DNA of 46,966 bases from a virus: IMG/VR virus record IMGVR_UViG_3300032204_000004; one strand, written 5' to 3'. Below are positions 41,522-46,966 of the stretch, piece after piece (within the stretch, counting starts at the first letter, position 1; each line of letters begins with the position of its first letter). Position numbers and translations under genes: made by a program. Below the pieces are notes generated by a model. It was not told where the DNA came from, ran no database searches, and was given only the letters and a program-made list of their open reading frames with translations.

Positions 41522-43217
41522 ACTCTACAAGTTCTGTGAGGGGCGCATTATGGGCCTCCGCGTAAACCGTTACTCATGGTGGACGCATTGGCGCCAACTC
41601 GCCGATTACTTCCTCCCGCGCCGCTACCGCTGGATCGTGACCCCCAACATGATGGGGCGCGGTTCTCCAATCAACCAACACATCCTCGATTCAACCGGAG
41701 TAATTTGCGCGCGCAACCTTGCTGCTGGTCTGGTTAGTGGTAAGTCCAGTCCTACTCGCCCTTGGTTCAGGTTACGTGTTGGGACGTTCGACTCAACCAC
41801 AACTAGCCCAATCAGCTTGTGGCTTGCCGAATGCGAACGCATCCTCTATCTCATCTTCGCCGAATCAAACTTCTACAACAACATCGCCCAATTCTACTAC
41901 GACCTCGTTATCTTCGGCACAGCCTCGCTCCTGATCTATGAGGACTACGAGAACGTAATCAACTGCTACAACCCTTGCGCTGGGGAATACTACGTCGATA
42001 TCGACGGTCGCTATCGCCCTGTGATATTCTATCGCGAATTCACCATGACGGTCGATGCGGTTGTCAATCGCTTCGGAATCGAAAACGTAACCGAATCAAC
42101 AAAGCAACTATACAATGACCCAACGGGCGCTAACCGTACCAGAGAAATCATTGTGGCACATGGTATTGAGCCTAATGATGATGGCAACGCTAAGTCCTTT
42201 GGTATCCCTGAACATTTCAAATACCGTGAAGTATATTGGGAGTGGGGAGGTTCCGCAAGTCCTCAAGGAGGTGCAAACAACGTTCCTGCGTTCCTTTCCA
42301 AACGTGGCTTTTACGAATCCCCATCAATCGTTGGCCGCTGGGATTTGGTTTCAAATGACCCCTATGGGCGCTCCCCGGGAATGGATGCGCTGCCCGACCA
42401 GATGCAGATTCAACTCGAAACTCGGCGCAAGGCACAAGCCATCGACAAGATGGTCAACCCTCCGCTCGTTGCCGACGTACAATTAAAAAACCAACCGGTC
42501 TCACTCCTTCCGGGAGGATTGAACTTCGTAACCAACTACGCCGCATCCGGCAAACCGGGAATGTCATCCGTCTACGACACCAAATTCCCTGTCACCGAAA
42601 TCACCGAGGACCTCAACGAAGTCAAACAGCGCATCTCCAAAACCTTCTTCAACGACGTGCTGATGACTGCCTCGCAGTTCGAAACCCGCTCCAACGTAAC
42701 CGCTGTCGAATGGGACATGCGTAAAGCCGAATCTATGGTTCTCCTTGGCCCGGCATTGGAGCGGATTGATTATGAGGTTCTATCCCCCATCTTGGATCGT
42801 ACGTTTGCTATTGCTAGTCGGGCTGGCATCCTACCTCCGGCGCCACCGGAAATCCAAGGCCAAATGATCAATGTCGACTACGTTTCAATGCTAGCTCAAG
42901 CGCAGCAGTCAGTTGCCGCTGGTGGCATCGAACGCCTTATGCAACTCGCGGGCTCACTAGTCGCGGTCGATCCCGCAGTTCTCGACAACATTGACATCGA
43001 TTACACACTTGACAAATATTCCCACCTCATGAACAATGATCCTAAGATGATCAGAAGTCCGGAAGCTTTGGATCAAATTCGCAAGCAACGTCAAGAAGCA
43101 CAGCAACAAGCGCAACAGGCTGCTATGGCAGAGCAATTGGCAAAGGCGGGTAAGACACTCTCCGAGACGAATCTTGGCGGTGGTGTTGCGCCAGGCGGCG
43201 GAGGTCTTCCACAATGA
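41490..43217 (+). CDS. portal (head-to-tail connector) protein
   Basis: 575 aa. The N-terminal WRQLADYFLPRRYRW pattern resembles the T7-type connector family. Position is terL - portal - scaffold - capsid. ATG 41550 is an alternative start. Confidence 0.75.
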   Translation: MAKPLTPGEYKLYKFCEGRIMGLRVNRYSWWTHWRQLADYFLPRRYRWIVTPNMMGRGSPINQHILDSTGVICARNLAAGLVSGKSSPTRPWFRLRVGTFDSTTTSPISLWLAECERILYLIFAESNFYNNIAQFYYDLVIFGTASLLIYEDYENVINCYNPCAGEYYVDIDGRYRPVIFYREFTMTVDAVVNRFGIENVTESTKQLYNDPTGANRTREIIVAHGIEPNDDGNAKSFGIPEHFKYREVYWEWGGSASPQGGANNVPAFLSKRGFYESPSIVGRWDLVSNDPYGRSPGMDALPDQMQIQLETRRKAQAIDKMVNPPLVADVQLKNQPVSLLPGGLNFVTNYAASGKPGMSSVYDTKFPVTEITEDLNEVKQRISKTFFNDVLMTASQFETRSNVTAVEWDMRKAESMVLLGPALERIDYEVLSPILDRTFAIASRAGILPPAPPEIQGQMINVDYVSMLAQAQQSVAAGGIERLMQLAGSLVAVDPAVLDNIDIDYTLDKYSHLMNNDPKMIRSPEALDQIRKQRQEAQQQAQQAAMAEQLAKAGKTLSETNLGGGVAPGGGGLPQ

Positions 43218-43396
43218 GCCTCATCCGCTTTGTCGCCGATAGCAACATGAATCTCTATCTCGTTACCGCTATGCACACGCGTGAGGACAAACCTACAAAC
43301 GAACCGGCTTTCGCTACCACGCTAGTCGTAAAGTTCCGTGAAGGCGACTATCGTGTTCTATCAACAGAGGATGTAATCATACACACCTTGCAATGA
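43214..43396 (+). CDS. hypothetical small protein
   Basis: ATGA coupling at both ends. 60 aa. Confidence 0.5.
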   Translation: MSLIRFVADSNMNLYLVTAMHTREDKPTNEPAFATTLVVKFREGDYRVLSTEDVIIHTLQ

Positions 43397-43851
43397 CACA
43401 AACAAGTGCAAGTGATAGAAAGGATATACGAAAGGCAGAGAAGAAGGCAAGACTAGATGAATCCCTGAGATTTGAATTCGTTCGTTCAATGATGTCAGGA
43501 CCTGCTGGTCGAGCTTATGCCTACAACCAATTGGAGCGCTGTCATCTGTTCCGTAGCTCTTTCGACCGCGATCCAATACAAGCTGCTTTTAATGAAGGCG
43601 AACGGAATTCAGGACTACAACTACTCAACGATATATTATCCACCGTTCCGGATCAATATATCACAATGATAAGGGAAGCAAATGAGCGACGTAACAGTAA
43701 CGACCGAGACACCAACAACCCCAACGATGGAAGCGCCGCTGCCGAACAGTCCGGAAGCGCGGACCGAGGACGGATCGCTGAAATCCCCAGCGACTACTCC
43801 TTCCACGGAAACGACGACGCTGACGACGAAGGAGACCCCATCGAAGCCTGA
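43393..43851 (+). CDS. hypothetical protein with acidic low-complexity tail
   Basis: 152-aa ORF. Its last 170 nt overlap the scaffold gene out of frame. Confidence 0.55.
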   Translation: MTQTSASDRKDIRKAEKKARLDESLRFEFVRSMMSGPAGRAYAYNQLERCHLFRSSFDRDPIQAAFNEGERNSGLQLLNDILSTVPDQYITMIREANERRNSNDRDTNNPNDGSAAAEQSGSADRGRIAEIPSDYSFHGNDDADDEGDPIEA

Positions 43852-44362
43852 GGGTGCGCCTGAGAAATACGAAACGTTCAAGGCGCCAGAAGGATACGAA
43901 CTTGGTGCTGATCTTATCGAAGCCGCAACGCCGATCTTCAAAGAACTCGGCCTCAATCAAGATGCCGCACAGAAGCTTGTGGACTTCTACGCGAAGCAGC
44001 AAATCGATGCGGCGAAGGCCCCCGAAAACGCATACAAAGCAATGCGTGACGGATGGCGTGGCGACGTAATGAAAGACAGCACCCTCAGCGATGGCAAGGC
44101 ACTCCGCCCCGAAATCTCTGAGAGCATCGGAAAACTGATCAATTCCCTTCCAGCTGATCAGGCCGCAAAATTCCGTGAAGTTATGGACACAACCGGTGTG
44201 GGGGACAATGCGACTATGATTCGCGCCCTCGCCGAATGGTCCAAGAACTTCGTCGAACCCAAACACGTCGCAGGTGGTGGGCCTAGCCCTCACGGACAAA
44301 AGTCACCGGGAGCTAGTGAGCGCCCAACGGCTGCGTCGTCGATGTATCCTAATTTGAAATGA
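43682..44362 (+). CDS. scaffolding protein
   Basis: AAGGGAAG RBS. APEKYETFKAPEGYELG...ELGLNQDAAQKLVDFY pattern. Lies directly upstream of the capsid gene. Confidence 0.6.
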   Translation: MSDVTVTTETPTTPTMEAPLPNSPEARTEDGSLKSPATTPSTETTTLTTKETPSKPEGAPEKYETFKAPEGYELGADLIEAATPIFKELGLNQDAAQKLVDFYAKQQIDAAKAPENAYKAMRDGWRGDVMKDSTLSDGKALRPEISESIGKLINSLPADQAAKFREVMDTTGVGDNATMIRALAEWSKNFVEPKHVAGGGPSPHGQKSPGASERPTAASSMYPNLK

Positions 44363-44372
44363 TCGAGCCTCA

Positions 44373-44434
44373 GAGAGGTTGAAAGCAAATGGCCAGATCG
44401 ATCAGTTCAGATAACGCTGAAACTTCAACCTCTC
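44373..44434 (+). promoter_or_regulatory. long-range 11-bp stem enclosing most of the scaffold/capsid intergenic region
   Basis: gagaggttgaa (44373..44383) pairs with ttcaacctctc (44424..44434). The 3' arm ends 4 nt before the AGGAG RBS of the capsid gene. Confidence 0.45.
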
Positions 44435-44450
44435 GCAGGAGAACAAACCT

Positions 44451-45494
44451 ATGGCAACTGTAGGCTCATTGGCGCTTACATACGCTGATTGGGCGAAGCG
44501 AATGGATGACGGCTATAAGGTCGCCACCATCATCGAGCTTTTGTCCCAAACGAACGAAATCCTTGACGACATGCAGGTTATGGAGGGCAACCTTCCAACC
44601 GGCCACAAAACCACGGTACGTACCGGATTGCCTCAGGCAACTTGGCGCTTGCTGAATACCGGCGTTCCAAACGCTAAGTCGACCACGGCACAGATTGTCG
44701 ATACGTGCGGCAATCTCGAAACCTACTCCGTGATCGACAAGGACATCGCTGACCTCAACGGCAACACCGCTGAGTTCCGTCTGTCCGAAGTTCGCGCCTT
44801 CCTCGAAGGTATGTCGCAGCAGGTTGCGTCCACGCTGATCTATGGCAATCAGGGCATCAATCCTGAGCGCTTCACTGGATTTGCGCCGCGCTATTCTACG
44901 GTCAACACCGCAAACTCGCAGACCGCAAATAACGTCCTTGACGCAGGTGGAACGTCCAATACCAACACTTCGATTTGGATCAACACTTGGGGCTCGGACA
45001 CTTGCCACGCAACTTTCCCGAAAGGCAAGATCACTGGCCTCCAACACCGCGACATGGGTGAATGGCCTGTGCAGGATGCGTCAGGTAATACCTACCAAGC
45101 CTATCGTGACCACTTCAAGTGGGAAATCGGTTTGGTGCTTCGTGACTGGCGCTATACGGCGCGCATTGCGAACATCGACGTTACCCAACTCACTGGCGTT
45201 AGCGCCGCAAACCTGATCAACCTTCTGGTTCGCGCTCTCTATCGTCTCCCAACTGCACCGGCGCAGGCAACTGCAATTCAGACCTCGGATACTCCCGAAG
45301 TCCGTGCAAACATGGGTCGTGTTGTTGTATATTGCAACCGCATCGTACGCACCTATCTCGATCTGCAAGCGATGAACAAAACCAACGTCCTGCTTCGTCT
45401 TGAGGAATTCCAAGGTAAGGTGATCACCACCTTCCGTGGGTTGCCTGTGCGAACTTGCGACGCAATTCTCTCTAACGAAGCGCAAGTGACCTAA
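44451..45494 (+). CDS. major capsid protein
   Basis: 347 aa, following the scaffold gene, with an AGGAG RBS. The motif run SIWINTWG...FPKG...GLVLRDWRYTARIANID is typical of podovirus HK97-fold capsid proteins, as I recall them. Confidence 0.75.
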   Translation: MATVGSLALTYADWAKRMDDGYKVATIIELLSQTNEILDDMQVMEGNLPTGHKTTVRTGLPQATWRLLNTGVPNAKSTTAQIVDTCGNLETYSVIDKDIADLNGNTAEFRLSEVRAFLEGMSQQVASTLIYGNQGINPERFTGFAPRYSTVNTANSQTANNVLDAGGTSNTNTSIWINTWGSDTCHATFPKGKITGLQHRDMGEWPVQDASGNTYQAYRDHFKWEIGLVLRDWRYTARIANIDVTQLTGVSAANLINLLVRALYRLPTAPAQATAIQTSDTPEVRANMGRVVVYCNRIVRTYLDLQAMNKTNVLLRLEEFQGKVITTFRGLPVRTCDAILSNEAQVT

Positions 45495-45505
45495 GGAGGC
45501 ATGAA

Positions 45506-46060
45506 ATGATTCTCGACGGTTTACTCACCTTCACAGGTACCTCAAACGGCGCTAGCGGTGGCATCACCTCCGGAGCGCAAACTGACTCACCGACGACCGG
45601 CACTCAAGTCGCGTCAAACATCCTTGACCTTGGCGTTGCGGGTCTCCCGACTTCGGCCAACGGTGGTGGTGCACGCGACATTGGTGTCGGCGACGATCCG
45701 ATGCTCAAACTGTCGGCTATCGTTACCGCAGCCTTTACTGGCGGTACGTCGCTACAGCTTGAACTCTCTGGCGCACCGGATAACGGTTCTGGCGCACCCG
45801 GTTCGTACACTGTTATGTGGACTGGCCCGGCTATTGCCGAAGCCACCCTCGTTGCAGGTTCGCAACTCGCCAATATCGATGTGCCGCGTGTAATCGCCGG
45901 GCAAGTGCTGCCGCGCTATCTGCGTCTGCGCTTTATCTCCGTCGGTACTCATGGTGCTGGCTCAATCGAATGCCAGATCGTTATTGATCGTGTGGATCAG
46001 ATTGTTGGCACTGGTGGTGCTCTGTCCGGCTATGGCGCCGGTATCACTGTTGCGAACTAA
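45506..46060 (+). CDS. putative capsid decoration / cement protein
   Basis: Strong AAGGAGG RBS directly after the capsid gene. G/A/T-rich beta protein with an LPRYLRLRF motif. Confidence 0.4.
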   Translation: MILDGLLTFTGTSNGASGGITSGAQTDSPTTGTQVASNILDLGVAGLPTSANGGGARDIGVGDDPMLKLSAIVTAAFTGGTSLQLELSGAPDNGSGAPGSYTVMWTGPAIAEATLVAGSQLANIDVPRVIAGQVLPRYLRLRFISVGTHGAGSIECQIVIDRVDQIVGTGGALSGYGAGITVAN

Positions 46061-46071
46061 GGAGGATTACG

Positions 46072-46692
46072 ATGCGTAAACTTCCTCTCACGCTCTCGGC
46101 TTTGGTCCTTTCGGGGACCATTGCCACCGCACAGGTTAACACTGTGCCGCAAGTTGGTACCATCTCGGCTGTGCAGAAGCAATATTCCTATAGCGCTTCG
46201 GCAATCGCATTGGTACCTGCGGCATCCGCAACGGACATCTTCTGTATCTCGCCGGGTACGTCTCGCAATATCGCTATCAAGCGTATCGAGATTTCGGGCA
46301 CGGCAGGTACGGCAATCACCACTCCTTTCTTGGTGTATCGCCGTGCTTCGTTAGATACGGGTGGTACCGCTGCAACGGGTTTGGCTCTACCGGTTGCCGG
46401 TAAGCTCAATCCGGCTGATCCTGCGTCTTCCGCAACGCTTACCGCATACACCGCAAATCCAACGATCGTCGATTCGTCGCCAGTTTTGTTGGATTCGATT
46501 CTGCCGACATTAGCTGTCACTACGACCGCTAACAATGGCATTGTCGCTGGTGATTATGGTGAGAGCATGGCGTGGTTTATCCACTCCTTGATCTTACAGA
46601 AGGGCACCACGCAGCAGATTTGTATCAACTTAAATGCTGTCAGTGTCTCTTCTGGCGTTGTAAACATCAACATGTTCTGGACGGAACAGTAA
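46072..46692 (+). CDS. secreted beta-rich protein (Sec signal peptide), paralog set member
   Basis: AAGGAGG RBS. MRKLPLTLSALVLSGTIATAQ signal-like N-terminus. 206 aa. Confidence 0.7.
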   Translation: MRKLPLTLSALVLSGTIATAQVNTVPQVGTISAVQKQYSYSASAIALVPAASATDIFCISPGTSRNIAIKRIEISGTAGTAITTPFLVYRRASLDTGGTAATGLALPVAGKLNPADPASSATLTAYTANPTIVDSSPVLLDSILPTLAVTTTANNGIVAGDYGESMAWFIHSLILQKGTTQQICINLNAVSVSSGVVNINMFWTEQ

Positions 46693-46693
46693 T

Positions 46694-46966
46694 ATGAAAA
46701 AGCTTTGGCTGGCGCTATGTCTAGTAGTCTTGGGCTTCGCGCCAGCCCAAGCACAAACCGTAGGCCCAACGAATTCCATCCTGTGCAACAAGATGGCTTA
46801 TGTCGCTGTTGGTTCTACGGGTAACCAACAGATCGTTGCCGCCGTAACTGGTCAGCGAATCTTCATCTGTGGTTGGCATGTAACCAACACAGGTACCTCA
46901 GGAACGTGGGCGATGAATACCGGTACCGGTTCGAATTGTGGGTCAAGCACAACCGCCCTCACTCCT
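46694..46966 (+). CDS. 5' part of junction-spanning gene (continues at 56..193 in circular coordinates); Sec signal peptide
   Basis: ATG 46694. MKKLWLALCLVVLGFAPAQAQ. The ORF is open to the window end and in frame with 2..193. Confidence 0.75.
   Translation, partial: MKKLWLALCLVVLGFAPAQAQTVGPTNSILCNKMAYVAVGSTGNQQIVAAVTGQRIFICGWHVTNTGTSGTWAMNTGTGSNCGSSTTALTP
46912..46966. repeat. terminal direct repeat copy 2 (identical to 1..55)
   Basis: Exact 55-nt match to the window start. Confidence 0.95.

Noticed and set aside
44466-45047. 193-aa minus-strand ORF inside the capsid gene. 38363..38854 lies similarly inside the GIY-YIG gene.
   Set aside because: They are antisense to genes that have clear motifs, an RBS and consistent operon context.
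1-46966. Lysogeny module, CRISPR array, toxin-antitoxin system or a known defence system.
   Set aside because: There is no integrase, recombinase or repressor-like pair, no repeat-spacer array, and no recognisable defence-gene motifs. The window reads as a lytic phage genome.

Overview
The window is a complete phage genome of about 46.9 kb. Its first 55 nt are repeated exactly as its last 55 nt, and one gene reads in frame through that junction, so the contig closes on itself. All family names below come from motifs I recognised by eye. No database search was possible.

Gene layout:
- A long plus-strand late operon runs 38489 -> window end -> 19919. Its order is GIY-YIG nuclease, small and large terminase, portal, scaffold, major capsid and a decoration-like protein. 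About 13 small genes follow, including a LamG-like protein, a tandem-repeat protein, and paralogous beta-rich proteins, two of which carry signal peptides. Then come tail tubular A/B-like proteins, three T7 gp14/15/16-like internal virion proteins (one with a lytic transglycosylase domain, one a 1862-aa giant with an HExxH motif) and a lysis cassette.
- A minus-strand early/replication arm runs 37407 -> 19888. It holds a UvrD-like helicase, a Cas4-like exonuclease, a Sak4-like ATPase, a split family A DNA polymerase with a UDG-like domain, a P-loop helicase-like protein and many small ORFs.
- I found no phage RNA polymerase, integrase, tRNA, CRISPR array or reverse transcriptase. Several consensus sigma70-type promoters suggest the phage uses the host RNA polymerase.

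Most interesting observations:
- Two unrelated HNH homing endonuclease genes sit 11-16 codons into their target genes (the exonuclease and the polymerase N-terminal half). Each is flanked by a leftover copy and a synonymously recoded AT-rich copy of the target's 5' end.
- The polymerase gene is split inside the proofreading domain by a third AT-rich mini-ORF.
- A GC-rich, repeat-bearing 400-nt noncoding region lies between a strong terminator and the first gene of the leftward operon.
- A paralog array in the virion module includes two proteins with Sec signal peptides.
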